NCBI GenBank assembly: GCA_039189765.1
Contig: JBCCYL010000004.1
Span: 1-64,000, forward strand
DNA length: 64,000 nucleotides
Direction of reading: 5' to 3'
From: Cyanobacteria bacterium P01_F01_bin.150
GTDB lineage: Bacteria > Cyanobacteriota > Cyanobacteriia > CAKZMO01
The notes under the pieces were generated by a model. It did not search any database. It was not told the origin of the DNA and was given only the letters and a program-made list of their open reading frames with translations. Numbering within the stretch: the stretch's first letter is position 1; each line of letters starts with the position of its first letter. Shown piece by piece: positions 38,297 through 49,811 of the stretch. The translations under genes were made by a program, and so were the position numbers.

Positions 38297-39706
38297 CTAA
38301 GCGTTAGCAACAGTTGGGCGATCGCTCTGCATTCGCTCATCTTCCATATCTTTTTGAACCTGTTCCGATAATGAAGGAATGCCATCATCCCCTGTAATTA
38401 ATCTCACTCCACGCTTGCGAGTGAAATAATTCCAAGCCCATTGAGTCATGACTAATAGCTTATTATCGAACTCAATTAAGTAATAGATATGGATAAAAAT
38501 CCAGATAAACCATGCGGGAAAGCCAGAGAACTTGGCAAATCCTAAGTTTGCAACAGCCGCGTTGCGACCAATCACTGCCATGCTGCCATAGTCCTTAAAC
38601 CGAAAAGGCACAACAGTTTGGCTTCTCAATCGCTTATTAATAACGCCACCAATATACTCACCCTGCTGCATCGCCACAGATGCAGTTCCAGGTAAGGGGC
38701 TATCATCTTGGTGAGCGTAGTGCGCCAAATCGCCAAGGACATAGATGTTTGAATATCCTGGAACACTCATATCTTCCTCTACCATGACTCGACCAGCCCT
38801 ATCAAGCTCTGCACCAGTCTTATCAGCAATGACCTTGCCCAATGGAGACGCCTGCATACCCGCAGCCCACAGCACGGTACCAGAAAGGATTTGCTCCATC
38901 TGATCACCAGACTTGAGGGTTACAACATCACCATCAATGCCCGTGACCAATGTTTTAGTCCGCACTGTAACCCCTAATTTCTCAAGAGAGTCTTGGGCCT
39001 TCACAGATAGTTCCGAAGGATAAGGCGGCAGCACCCGCTCCATGCCTTCGAGCAGTAAAACTGCTGTTTGGGTTGTATCAATATTGCGAAAATCTTCTTT
39101 CAAAGTGCCATAGGCCAACTCTGCCAAGGCACCCGCTAACTCCACTCCAGTTGGCCCACCGCCGACGACAACAAACGTTTGAAGCGCTTTGCGGCGAGCT
39201 GGATCAGATTCCTTCTCTGCGGCTTCAAACGCCAGAAAAATCCGACGCCGAACTTCAAGCGCATCCTCGATCGTCTTGATTCCGGGCGCAATATCAGCCC
39301 ACTCATCCTTGCCAAAATAGTGATGTTTCACCCCTGTGGCAATAATAAGGCTGTCGTAGTCAACAACTTCACCGTTTTTAAGGGCAACCTGCTGATTGTC
39401 AGGATCGAAAGCAATAACTTCACCCATAAGAACCTGAACATTCTTTTGGCCCCTTAGAACAGCCCTTAAGGGAGAGGAAATATCTCCAGCGGAGAGACCG
39501 CCTGTCGCTACCTGATAAAGCAAAGGCTGAAAAAGATGAAAGTTTCGCTTATCAATTAATGTGACCTTAATATTGTCATACCCAAGAGACTTTGCTGCAT
39601 AGAGACCACCAAAGCCGCCACCAACGATGACAACATGGTGAGCTTGCTTCGCTTTTTCATTCTGACCGTTAGATGATGATTGCTTTGGCGATAAGACAGC
39701 TGTCAT
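38297..39706 (-). CDS. type-2 NAD(P)H dehydrogenase
   Basis: GGGFGG, FQPLLYQVATG, GGGPTGVELAG, WAAG motifs. Confidence 0.93.
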   Translation of the reverse strand: MTAVLSPKQSSSNGQNEKAKQAHHVVIVGGGFGGLYAAKSLGYDNIKVTLIDKRNFHLFQPLLYQVATGGLSAGDISSPLRAVLRGQKNVQVLMGEVIAFDPDNQQVALKNGEVVDYDSLIIATGVKHHYFGKDEWADIAPGIKTIEDALEVRRRIFLAFEAAEKESDPARRKALQTFVVVGGGPTGVELAGALAELAYGTLKEDFRNIDTTQTAVLLLEGMERVLPPYPSELSVKAQDSLEKLGVTVRTKTLVTGIDGDVVTLKSGDQMEQILSGTVLWAAGMQASPLGKVIADKTGAELDRAGRVMVEEDMSVPGYSNIYVLGDLAHYAHQDDSPLPGTASVAMQQGEYIGGVINKRLRSQTVVPFRFKDYGSMAVIGRNAAVANLGFAKFSGFPAWFIWIFIHIYYLIEFDNKLLVMTQWAWNYFTRKRGVRLITGDDGIPSLSEQVQKDMEDERMQSDRPTVANA

Positions 39707-40326
39707 AAGTCTTAATTTATATTTATAAGAATTACAATTTATACTATTTGATAATGCAAAAATACACTACCCTAATCTGGGGTCTTCACAGAACTTTTTT
39801 GCCCAAGTGTCTTCTTTGTACTGTGGTTTCACATAGACAGCTTGTTTAACATCTTTCACTCTATAGATGTACGGCTTTACCCACAATCGCCCATAAACCG
39901 TAAACTATTCTAGTTTTTTCCGGATTCGTCATTTATTGTTTTTGCAAACAACCTGTAAGCATAGGTGGGGCTATCCATGTGCCATTTGAGCCACTATTGT
40001 CATGGTTTGCAGAAATTAGAGACGCTCATCATTCCTATTTGACAATCCATCCCCATTTAGATCTTCAGAAGCAACATTTCCAAATCAGTGATTCCGCCCC
40101 AAAGCTGAAGTGCCTCCGATTTGGGGGAATACACAGCATATACCCTACCACAAGCTAATTCCTTTAAATCGGTTGAGATGTATTTTAGGTGAACTTACGA
40201 TAAGCCGATATGAAGGAAATGTAGAGTCTAGTATGCAATCCTGACTTGTTTTGTCCACAAGCGTAAAACACCTTAATTGTGAATGTGATTTGGTCTTTTA
40301 TTCTATCCCTTGTGGATATTGTGGTG

Positions 40327-40845
40327 ATGAATCAGAGTATTGCTCCGCACATCGTTTTTCTAAGTTGGCTGTTTAAAGGAAAAGCCAATACGGTGGAACG
40401 CGGATTCACCCTAATTGAGTTACTGGTCGTAATTGTTATTGGCGGGATTTTATCGGCGATCGCCTTACCTACATTTTTAAGTCAGGCCAATAAAGCCAAA
40501 GAATCTGAAGCGCGAGTATATGTCGGTAGCGTCAACAGAGCCCAACAGACCTACTTTATGGAACAAACGGCATTTTCAAACGATATTGACAAGTTAGGTT
40601 TGGGAATATCAAAGACAACAGAAAACTATACCTATGCAACTGTATTAGATACGGATAGTGGCGATGACGTTGCCTACACCACAGCGACGCAGCAACCGAC
40701 CACCAAACAGGCACTGCGGGCCTTTTCTGGTCAAGCCTGGAATGGAGTCAGTGGCAGTGGCCTTCTGTCTTTTGCCATTGTCTGTGAGAGCAAACCTGGT
40801 GGGAGTCCACCAACCATCGCAAGTCATCAGTGCCCTAGCCCCTAA
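40327..40845 (+). CDS. type IV pilin-like protein
   Basis: GFTLIELLVVIVI prepilin cleavage motif; KAKESEA...NRAQQ. Confidence 0.9.
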   Translation: MNQSIAPHIVFLSWLFKGKANTVERGFTLIELLVVIVIGGILSAIALPTFLSQANKAKESEARVYVGSVNRAQQTYFMEQTAFSNDIDKLGLGISKTTENYTYATVLDTDSGDDVAYTTATQQPTTKQALRAFSGQAWNGVSGSGLLSFAIVCESKPGGSPPTIASHQCPSP

Positions 40846-40918
40846 AGAACTCAAAATATAGGCGAAAAGGGGATCAACTTTAAGCGGGTAGTGGGGGCGA
40901 TCCGCACCCACACTACAG

Positions 40919-43273
40919 CTATCCTTTAGCTACCGACTCAAGGGCTTGTTCCATCAAAATAATTTGGGAGCTTTGAATTTCCTCCCCTTCAGCAGGCTGG
41001 CGCTGTTGATATTGGCCATCCGCTTGCAGTTCCCAAGCCTGGCGGTTATCCTTAAGCATCAGGTCCATCACTTCGTATAACTTCTGAGCGATCGCCGTTT
41101 CTTCAATCGGAGTTACGGCTTCAACCCGTCGATCCAAGTTACGGGGCATCCAGTCCGCACTGCCAATAAAGCATTCAGGCTGATCATTATTTTGGAACCA
41201 AAAAATCCGAGAGTGCTCTAAATAGCGCCCAATAATACTGACCACACGAATATTTTCACTGACATTGGGTAGACCAGGTCGCAAGCAACAAATCCCTCGG
41301 ATAATCAAATCAATTTGGACCCCTGCTTGAGATGCTTCGTAAAGCTTGGCAATCAATTTTTGATCGACAAGAGAGTTCATCTTGGCGACAATCCGGCCCG
41401 GCTGGCCTGCTTTTGTCGCATCAATTTCCCTCTGAATTAAACGATTCATACGATGCCGTAGGCTAACTGGAGCAACCAAAAGCCTGCGATATTCTCGCTG
41501 TTTGGAATACCCAGTCAAAGTATTAAACAGATCCGTTAGATCTGCACCCAGTTCTTTGCGACAGCTTAATAGAGCAACATCAGTGTAAAGTTTTGCTGTT
41601 TTGGGATTATAGTTTCCAGTGCCAATATGGACATAGCGACGGATGCCATCCTCTTCCCGACGAACGACTAGAACAACCTTTGTGTGGGTTTTTAGACCCA
41701 CTAATCCGTAAACCACATGAACCCCAGCCTTTTCTAATTTTCTAGCCCAAATAATATTATTTTCTTCATCAAATCGGGCTTTCAATTCAACCAAGGCGAC
41801 CACTTGTTTGCCATTTTCCGCTGCGGCAATCAGAGCTTTAATAATAGGAGAATCACCTGAGGTTCGATACAACGTCATTTTAATGGCCAGGACTTTGGAA
41901 TCATGAGCCGCTTGGGTAATAAATCGCTGGACAGTGGCCGAAAACGAATGATATGGATGATGCACCATCAAATCCCGCTGCCGAATAAGGGAGAATATAT
42001 CCTCCCTCTCTTCCCCATCCCGTAAGGCACCTGGTAAGTCGCTGATATCAAGCATTTGAAATCTGGGGGGAACAATGGGCGTCCAGGGAGTATCCTTTAG
42101 CTTTGCCAAGGGGATTCTTAAAAAAGACATCATGTCTTTGAGATTAAGCAGACCTGGTAGTTCGTAAACATCACTATTTCGGAGACCCAATTCTTTCATT
42201 AACGTTGAACGAACCAAGGCAGGGGCAGAAGTTTGAATTTCCATGCGAACAACAGAGCCTCCCAAGCGTCTTTTACGTAGCTCCTGCTCAATCGCCAACA
42301 TCAGGTCATCGGCTTCATCTTCCTCCACTTCTAAATCGGAATTGCGAGTGATGCGAAAAACACAATATTCTAAAATTCTCATTCCAGGAAAGAGAAATTC
42401 TAAGTGGTGGGCAATTACTTCTTCTACCGGTACGCCCACCCATAGGGGATTAACCACATCATTACCGTCTTTAGAGACCAGATTAGACACTGGCTCAGAG
42501 ACTGGCTCAGAGACCGGCTCAGAGACTGGCTCGGAGGGCTGTTCAATCGATTGAATAGACTGAAGATGCTCTGGTAGCTGAATAAAACGAGGAGATGGAA
42601 TTTTGACCCGCGCAAAACGTTCGATATCGTTCGCTGGGTCACGCATAACCACTGCCAGATTAAAGCTGAGATTAGAAATGTAGGGGAAAGGATGACCTGG
42701 ATCAACGGCCAAGGGGGTCAAGACAGGAAATACTTCATCTTCAAAATACGTCTGCAGATATTGCTTTTGTTCTGGCCTAAGATCCGCGTAGTTAAGAATA
42801 TGAACACCATGCTTCTTGAGTTCTGCTCTCAACACATCTTCGCAGTGTTGGTGCTGATGAGTAACCATTGGACGCAGCTGTTTACTAATAGCGTCCAATT
42901 GGGCTTGGGGGGTGCGTCCGTCAGGTGTGAGTTTTGAGACAGCAGCCTCGACTTGCTGCTTAAGACCAGCAACGCGAACCATAAAGAATTCATCGAGATT
43001 GGAACTAAAAATCCCCATAAATTTGAGGCGTTCCAGCAAAGGGGTTCTAGAATCAATTGCTTCCGCTAACACTCGACGATTGAATTCCAGCCAACTTAAC
43101 TCTCGATTGAAATAGTAATTGGACTGAAGTAGTTGCTCTGGGGGACTGGGGATGGCCTTATCGCTTAAATTAGATGTTTTTGGGGCTGCTCGTTTTGCTG
43201 TGCGCTTAGCTGGGTTAGATTTGGTTGAACGTCGAGGCATGGGACAATCCGTAGTAACTAGCAACTCGGTCAT
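40919..43273 (-). CDS. ppk1: polyphosphate kinase 1
   Basis: NRELSWL-FN-RVL, HHPY-SF, IKMTLYRT, HIGTGNYN, SADWMPRNLDRRVE. Confidence 0.97.
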   Translation of the reverse strand: MTELLVTTDCPMPRRSTKSNPAKRTAKRAAPKTSNLSDKAIPSPPEQLLQSNYYFNRELSWLEFNRRVLAEAIDSRTPLLERLKFMGIFSSNLDEFFMVRVAGLKQQVEAAVSKLTPDGRTPQAQLDAISKQLRPMVTHQHQHCEDVLRAELKKHGVHILNYADLRPEQKQYLQTYFEDEVFPVLTPLAVDPGHPFPYISNLSFNLAVVMRDPANDIERFARVKIPSPRFIQLPEHLQSIQSIEQPSEPVSEPVSEPVSEPVSNLVSKDGNDVVNPLWVGVPVEEVIAHHLEFLFPGMRILEYCVFRITRNSDLEVEEDEADDLMLAIEQELRKRRLGGSVVRMEIQTSAPALVRSTLMKELGLRNSDVYELPGLLNLKDMMSFLRIPLAKLKDTPWTPIVPPRFQMLDISDLPGALRDGEEREDIFSLIRQRDLMVHHPYHSFSATVQRFITQAAHDSKVLAIKMTLYRTSGDSPIIKALIAAAENGKQVVALVELKARFDEENNIIWARKLEKAGVHVVYGLVGLKTHTKVVLVVRREEDGIRRYVHIGTGNYNPKTAKLYTDVALLSCRKELGADLTDLFNTLTGYSKQREYRRLLVAPVSLRHRMNRLIQREIDATKAGQPGRIVAKMNSLVDQKLIAKLYEASQAGVQIDLIIRGICCLRPGLPNVSENIRVVSIIGRYLEHSRIFWFQNNDQPECFIGSADWMPRNLDRRVEAVTPIEETAIAQKLYEVMDLMLKDNRQAWELQADGQYQQRQPAEGEEIQSSQIILMEQALESVAKG

Positions 43274-43361
43274 TTATGGCAGAGTGCAACGTCATTATAG
43301 AGGCAGTATTTCTTTTGCCCCACAATATGCCTCATACACACCACAGAATTATCATAATTTT

Positions 43362-43439
43362 GGAGTTTCGTTTCAAGACGAAACAAAATTAACGATAGAG
43401 GGAGCGCGACGCGCTTCTACTCCCCGCCTAAAGTTGATA
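43362..43439. repeat. REP-like palindromic dispersed element
   Basis: GTTTCGTTTCAAGACGAAAC...GAGGGAGCGCGACGCGCTTC...CCGCCTAAAGTTGATA. Confidence 0.65.
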
Positions 43440-43460
43440 CTCTAATTTTGCAAGGCATCA

Positions 43461-43877
43461 ATGGCATTTTTATATCGACGAAAAATTTACTTTAAAGATA
43501 CGGATGCCGCAGGGGTGGTTTACTTTGCCAATGTTTTGTCCATGTGTCATGAAGCATATGAGGCTTCTTTACAAGCATCAGGGATTAATTTGCGGACCTT
43601 TTTTGGCGATCGCCATCGAGCTATTCCGATTGTGCATGGAAGTGTAGATTTTTTCCAGCCGATGTTTTGTGGCGAGACATACACTATCGATATGGTCCCC
43701 ACATTGGTCAAGCCCAGCGAGTTTTCAATTACGTATCAGGTCTATTCTCACCTTGAACTAAACGAGCAAGCAAGTGCCAAAGCTTGTAGTCGCCACGTAT
43801 GTATCGATCCTTCGACACGAAGGCGACTGCCGTTAGATAACGACATGATGTCTTGGTTGACCCAATATAACTCATAG
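43461..43877 (+). CDS. hotdog-fold thioesterase, probable 1,4-dihydroxy-2-naphthoyl-CoA hydrolase
   Basis: DTDAAGVVYFAN-L--CHEAYE, PIVH motifs of the cyanobacterial enzyme. Confidence 0.82.
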   Translation: MAFLYRRKIYFKDTDAAGVVYFANVLSMCHEAYEASLQASGINLRTFFGDRHRAIPIVHGSVDFFQPMFCGETYTIDMVPTLVKPSEFSITYQVYSHLELNEQASAKACSRHVCIDPSTRRRLPLDNDMMSWLTQYNS

Positions 43878-44349
43878 CCCACAGGGAATAGCCCACAGTC
43901 CACATTCATAGGCCAGGGTTCCAACGTAAGGCAAAACAATTTTGTGGGAAATGGGAACACGATGCGTCCCCATTTCCCACCTTAAGTGCCCACAGCTCAC
44001 AGGGATAGAAAATACGGAAAAACCCTGGCACGATGGCCAGGGTTAGAATGCTGTCAAGATACAAGGATTAAACAGACAAAGTAGACATAAGAAGGTCCGA
44101 AATAAGGTGGACCGATAAATATAAGTTGTTCCGTATAACGCTTAGCGATGTGCTAACCATCAACCTATAAATAATCTACCGTTCCGCTAGTGAAGGGCGA
44201 ATAAATTGGTCGTAAAGCTTTTGCAAAGAAACTTTTTAATAGCCAAAAGCATTGATGTGAGTGAGTTTAAGGGATCTGAGTTTTCACCGAGAGCGCCTTA
44301 TTGCATCCCAGAATTTACGGACTGGAGCATTGTTTACACATCTTTATCC

Positions 44350-45210
44350 TTAACTTGATAGTTCCGCGACAATCGTACGATAGGCATCATTATCCAAGCC
44401 TTTGCCCTGATCTGCAGTGGCTGGATCGATTTGCTCATTGAGATCTTCGATACGGCTACGGGTAGAGGGATGAGTACTCAAAAATTGAGGCGGAGCACCA
44501 GAACTTAATAGTTTTTCCATAAAGGCGGGCATGGCCGAGGGGGCATAGCCTGCTTTGGTGATGTTGTCGAGTCCGTATGTGTCGGCTTCCCTTTCATCGG
44601 AACGACTGTGGGGACGGGCAACACCAAGTTCCACCGCAATATTAACCAATACGCTATCTTCTACCCCTGCTGCCGACATGAGACCTTGAGCGATCGCAGC
44701 CTCTCTCAACTGCTTCACTGAATGGCGACCCACAACATGACCAATTTCATGACCAATGACGCTTGCTAATTGGGCTTCATTATCCGCTGCTTTCATCAGT
44801 CCAGTGGTTACATAAATATACCCACCCATCGCAGCAAAGGCATTAATCGCATCGTCTTCAACCACCTGGAAGACATAGTCGATATTGGGACGCTGGCTGT
44901 GGGGCACTAGGCCATTTCCAATATCTTCCACATATTCAATAATCTCGTCATTATCGTCATACAGCGTAAATTGTCCACCGGGTCCAACCAACTCATCATT
45001 AATTTGAGACCCGAGAGACATTTCCTGACGGTCAGACATATTCGAAAGCTGAATAATTTGCGCCCCTCGAAACAACAGTTCAATCAAGGAAATCGCTGGG
45101 GTTGATTGGGCGGTGCCGACGACTAACCCCAAAGCCACTAAGCTTGAGATAAGGCCGTATACCCAACGGCGATGGCGCTGCCGAAAGAATGTAAAGAGCT
45201 GATTAACCAT
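44350..45210 (-). CDS. M48 family metalloprotease
   Basis: INAFA--GG-IYV--GL, HEIGH, EREAD, LSTHP; ATG chosen at 45210. Confidence 0.92.
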   Translation of the reverse strand: MVNQLFTFFRQRHRRWVYGLISSLVALGLVVGTAQSTPAISLIELLFRGAQIIQLSNMSDRQEMSLGSQINDELVGPGGQFTLYDDNDEIIEYVEDIGNGLVPHSQRPNIDYVFQVVEDDAINAFAAMGGYIYVTTGLMKAADNEAQLASVIGHEIGHVVGRHSVKQLREAAIAQGLMSAAGVEDSVLVNIAVELGVARPHSRSDEREADTYGLDNITKAGYAPSAMPAFMEKLLSSGAPPQFLSTHPSTRSRIEDLNEQIDPATADQGKGLDNDAYRTIVAELSS

Positions 45211-45631
45211 TGTTCTACTAATGAGTAAGCGTCTATAAATGACATTTGTTATTAGCCAAAAGTCTGATGGTATGGCAGTCGTCACTTTAATGGAGACATT
45301 AGTGGTGATTGCTTCACTAAGCTAAGCAACCATAATAAATATTTATGTCTTAACCAGAGCGTCTACGACTTAAATGTGGGGGAGGTAGGCCCATTGTAAA
45401 ACCTTCTTTGGAGGAGATGATCGGAGGGATAGCCAATGCAATGAGCTGGCACAGGGGTATAGATGGTATGTCTAATGTTGGCTGATTTATGCTGGTCTTA
45501 ACCTATTCTTATTATTTTTCTGTAACTATCTAAACAGCTTGGGTTTCGCCCTAATACGAAATAAAAGCAACGGTAGTGGGGGCACAAAGCGCCTCCACTA
45601 CCCAATATCAACTTGAAAGCTCAGATCCGAA

Positions 45632-47608
45632 ATGAAACAGGAGAAGATGCCAAAACCATCACCAGAGGCCGCAGCCTGGTCGAACGGCAAACTAATCGCT
45701 GTAGTATTAGCATGCTTAAGTGTAGGAGTTATGGGTGTGGCAGCCATTCGAGAGGTGACGACGTTTATGGAGAACGCTCCAGTGCTGTTAACCGATCCAT
45801 TTTTGCAACGCCCGACAGAAACCTCTGTAAACATTGTCTGGTTTACCGAATTTCCTGGCGTTGAGCATCGAGTGGACTATGGAGAAACTTTATCCTTTAG
45901 TGTAGAAGCGACAACAACTCAACTAAGCCGCACCCGTGAAGATGAGCAGTCTTATATTGGGACGCAACTCGGCGATGGCAGTATCTACAGTCAACCGACA
46001 TTACGGCCGATTTGGCGGCATGAAGTAGTTATCCCCAATCTCCAAGACCATGTTCAGGGTAATAAACAAGATAATGTGCAAGGCGGTGAGCTTAGCCAGG
46101 GGCAAAACATTCCTTATCGGGTCACAAGCCTCACCAGAGCCGGACGTAGGGCAAGCAGTGATATTTTTGCACTTCAGGCGTTGCCACAGATAGGCCAACC
46201 GCTCAACATTTTATTAACGTCAGATCATCAGTTAAAGGCAATGACCCCTGCAAATACACAGGCCGTTGTCGAAACAGTCGGGCGGGTTGATGCAGTACTC
46301 ATGGCAGGGGATTTAGTAAACATATCCGATCGCGCCTCGGAATGGTTTGATGACAGTCGGGGAAAAGCTTTTTTCCCCGCACTACAGGGGAGAGCAGGCC
46401 CAAAGATTGAGCAAGACGAAGACTCAGCTACTTTTGCCGGTGGAGCATTGATCCAGTCTGCTCCAATTTTTACCGCGATTGGCAACCATGAGGTGATGGG
46501 GCGGTGGTCAATGACTGATGATTTAAACACTCAGTTTAACGATCCGGTGCCGAGGGCGATCGCCCAGCAAAATTATCAATCCCAAGCAGATCGCCTTAAT
46601 CCGGCGAACGATAGTGCTGTTGCCAATAATTGGATGACCAACCAGTCATTTAATACGATTACCTACGATGAAATCTTTTCGTTACCTAAAAACGACCAGG
46701 GGCATTCCAAATACTACGCCGTTACCTTAGGGAATGTGCGTCTGGTAGTGCTTTACATCACCAATATTTGGCGTCCCCCAAGCTTACATGCCAGCACCAA
46801 AGGTCGCTATCGTGAGGCAGATAACGTTCTCCACGATCAGAGTCGTTGGGGCTACGGCCAGCATATTTTCGAGCCGATTGGCCCTGGTAGCAAGCAATAT
46901 GAGTGGCTAGTGCGGGAGGTGCGATCGCCTTCGTTTACAAATGCTAAATACAAACTGGTGATGTTTCATCATCCGCCACACTCCCTTGGTGACAACATCG
47001 TTCCTGCTTACACAGACCCGGTCCAAATGATTGACCGTTTTGAAGATGGCACCATCAAAGCAGTACGCTACGAATATCCTAAACATCAGGATTATTTGAT
47101 GCAACATGTGGTGCCATTACTCGAATCCGCTGGCGTAGATTTGACGTTTTTTGGTCATTCCCACGTGTGGAACCGTTTTGTTGGACCGACCGGCATACAT
47201 TTTCTGGAAAGTTCCAATGTGGGCAATACCTACGGAGCGTTTTGGCGTAATCGAGCGAACGTGGAACTAGATGGCAGTGAGAAAACGGGCAGTGAGAAAA
47301 CGGGCAGTGAGAAAACGGGCAGTGAAAAAAACGCCAATGCACTCAGTGGCCAAGAACGCCGTCATCTTCCCATTGGTTACAGTGAGGACTATGTTCCTTG
47401 GGACGATCCCAACGGATTAGAACCTGTGATGCCTAATATTGCCCCACTGGTAGATGACTTGGGGCAACCCCAACCTTTTATTGCCAGCAATGACATCACG
47501 GTATTCAGTATCTTAAACACTGGTACAGGCTTGGTGAGTAGCTATAGATTTGACACTCGAACACCGGAGCAACCTGCAATTAAGTTTGACGAGTTTTCTC
47601 TGGATTAA
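45632..47608 (+). CDS. secreted metallophosphoesterase (purple acid phosphatase-like)
   Basis: SDHQ, AGDLV, GNHE, FHHP and GHSH motifs; N-terminal TM. Confidence 0.88.
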   Translation: MKQEKMPKPSPEAAAWSNGKLIAVVLACLSVGVMGVAAIREVTTFMENAPVLLTDPFLQRPTETSVNIVWFTEFPGVEHRVDYGETLSFSVEATTTQLSRTREDEQSYIGTQLGDGSIYSQPTLRPIWRHEVVIPNLQDHVQGNKQDNVQGGELSQGQNIPYRVTSLTRAGRRASSDIFALQALPQIGQPLNILLTSDHQLKAMTPANTQAVVETVGRVDAVLMAGDLVNISDRASEWFDDSRGKAFFPALQGRAGPKIEQDEDSATFAGGALIQSAPIFTAIGNHEVMGRWSMTDDLNTQFNDPVPRAIAQQNYQSQADRLNPANDSAVANNWMTNQSFNTITYDEIFSLPKNDQGHSKYYAVTLGNVRLVVLYITNIWRPPSLHASTKGRYREADNVLHDQSRWGYGQHIFEPIGPGSKQYEWLVREVRSPSFTNAKYKLVMFHHPPHSLGDNIVPAYTDPVQMIDRFEDGTIKAVRYEYPKHQDYLMQHVVPLLESAGVDLTFFGHSHVWNRFVGPTGIHFLESSNVGNTYGAFWRNRANVELDGSEKTGSEKTGSEKTGSEKNANALSGQERRHLPIGYSEDYVPWDDPNGLEPVMPNIAPLVDDLGQPQPFIASNDITVFSILNTGTGLVSSYRFDTRTPEQPAIKFDEFSLD

Positions 47609-47623
47609 GATGTATTCGCGATG

Positions 47624-48568
47624 CTACGGAGCAGCCTCACGCAGCGCATCAATGTCCTCTCGCTCCAGCGACCAGCCCAAAGCTCCAGCATTTTGCTTCG
47701 CTTGTTCAGCATTTTTTGCCCCTGGAATGGGAACAACGTTGCCCTGGGACATCAGCCAGTTTAGGGCAACCTGGGCCGGGGTGCGGCTATGGGCTTGGGC
47801 GATCACGTCCAACCTATCCAGTAATGGGGCCAGCCGCTCTAACCCACTACTGCTAAAGCGCGGGTCAATACTACGAGCGCCTTTGGGTTTTACGGCAGAA
47901 TCCGGAGAATACTTCCCCGTCAGCAGACCTTGAGCTAAAGGACTATAGGCCAAAATAACAATGCCCAACTCTTTGGCTGCGGCCAACACACCATTTTGCT
48001 CAATCTTCCGCTCCAGCAGTGAATACTGCACCTGATTAACTGCCAGGGGCACGCCTCGTTTGGCCAATAGCTCATGGGCCTTTTTCATTTGGCCTGTGGA
48101 ATAGTTACTGACCCCAACGGCTTGAATCCGGCCTTGCGCCACTTCATCAGCCAGCGCGTTCATCAGAGTGGTTTGACCCATAAAAAAATCGAAGGGCCAG
48201 TGGATCTGATACAGCGCCACGCTGGGCACCTGAAGACGCTTTAGGCTGTCACTCAATGCACTGCTGACTGCATCCGCAGTAAAGCGCCAGGGGAGGGGAA
48301 AATATTTGGTGGCAATCATTACCGGCTGCGACGTCTGTTTCAAAAAGCGACCAATAAGCCGCTCAGATTGTCCAAATCCATAAATTTCTGCCGTGTCAAA
48401 CAGGGTTACGCCTGCCTCCAAAGCAGTATTAAACGCCTGCTGGAGCTGCTCGTCGTTATAGTCTTTGCCATAGCTCCAGAAGAAGCTGTCTCCCCAAGCC
48501 CAAGTACCGATGCCAAGCGCAGGCACCATCGGCCCATCATTGATCAGTTGAACCGTTTGTCCTGCCAT
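47624..48568 (-). CDS. aldo/keto reductase
   Basis: GIGTWAWG, FDTAEIYG, YQIHWP, GVSNY, AYSPL, IPGAK. Confidence 0.95.
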   Translation of the reverse strand: MAGQTVQLINDGPMVPALGIGTWAWGDSFFWSYGKDYNDEQLQQAFNTALEAGVTLFDTAEIYGFGQSERLIGRFLKQTSQPVMIATKYFPLPWRFTADAVSSALSDSLKRLQVPSVALYQIHWPFDFFMGQTTLMNALADEVAQGRIQAVGVSNYSTGQMKKAHELLAKRGVPLAVNQVQYSLLERKIEQNGVLAAAKELGIVILAYSPLAQGLLTGKYSPDSAVKPKGARSIDPRFSSSGLERLAPLLDRLDVIAQAHSRTPAQVALNWLMSQGNVVPIPGAKNAEQAKQNAGALGWSLEREDIDALREAAP

Positions 48569-48867
48569 ATTGAATCCCCTAGGTTTCTACTGCTTCTTTT
48601 AAGGGGGTGTTGTGGGGTGCTCCGCGCCCCACAACACCATCAAATCCTTCCCAGCTTAGATAATAGGCTATTAGTCTAACGAATTATGGCTGGGCCAACT
48701 GAAGCGATCGCCTCCCTTTTATCCCCGCAACACCGCTATCGGCCTAAGTAAGACTGAAAAAATAACGATAAAAATGCCCCTGCTTTAACAGCAAGAGCAT
48801 TACTAATTATGCCACTCTAAATGAAAACTACTCTACGAAAATCATCCTAGTAAAAGGCTTTAGTTAG

Positions 48868-49308
48868 TTAGCCAAGATTGACTTTTACAACCTTATTCTT
48901 TTCTTCTTCTGCTTTTGGAAGCGTTAAAGTTAGGATGCCGTTTTGATAATCAGCAGTAACATTTTGGTGGTTAATTCGACCCGGCGTTGCCAGTACTCGC
49001 TGGAACGTTCCGTAGCGAAATTCACTGCGGAGGCTGTCATTTCCTTCGCTGTTGTGCGTTATCTTTCGCTCACCACTAATGGCTACTGAGTCAGCAGTAA
49101 CTTGGATATCCAATTCATCCTTATTGATACCAGGAAGTTCTAGCCTCAATTGATAGCCCTCTTCCATTTCTTCAATCTCTGCTGCGGGGGTATAGCCGGA
49201 AAAAGTTTTCCAGGCTTGAGACGGAGAAAAAACATCATCAAATAAACGATTCATTTCTCGATGTAGGACATCAATTTCACGAGCAGGATTCCAACGAACA
49301 ATTGTCAT
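48868..49308 (-). CDS. hspA: small heat shock protein (Hsp20)
   Basis: WNPAREI...MNRLFD, ELPG, SEFRYG-F-R, Y-NGIL-LTLPK. Confidence 0.92.
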   Translation of the reverse strand: MTIVRWNPAREIDVLHREMNRLFDDVFSPSQAWKTFSGYTPAAEIEEMEEGYQLRLELPGINKDELDIQVTADSVAISGERKITHNSEGNDSLRSEFRYGTFQRVLATPGRINHQNVTADYQNGILTLTLPKAEEEKNKVVKVNLG

Positions 49309-49811
49309 AATGTTTATCTCCTTAAATAGATCAATCAACAAATGTTGTTAACTGTTCAAGGACTGTTTATGTCCTCTGTGTGCTTACAGTATTTATAATA
49401 GGATAAGCTCTCTAATTGCTATGTTCGGTTCTCTGGAAAGCTTAATAGGTGATTCCTTTACAAGCTAATTACAAGTTCATCAAACTAGCTTATAACTTAA
49501 GCCGGGAAAGATTGAACGAGTTTCTGGGACGCGGAGCGCCCCAGAAACTCGCCTTAAAATACAAGCCATCAAACCGTCTATTGGAAATCTCTTTTACCCT
49601 GATTTGGCATTGAACGGGGATGGTTATTAAGCAGGCTCACGTCATGATTGAGGTATAGAAGCAAAATAGCTGGTTGACTGACAAAACTATCTAGAATCCT
49701 CATCCTGCCTTGGGTCAGGAAAGCTTGCCCCTACCTTGCCCAAATCCCCTGTAGTGGCGCAGTTTCTGCGCCTAATATTCAAAATTGAGCATTTATTTAA
49801 ATTCCCATTCC

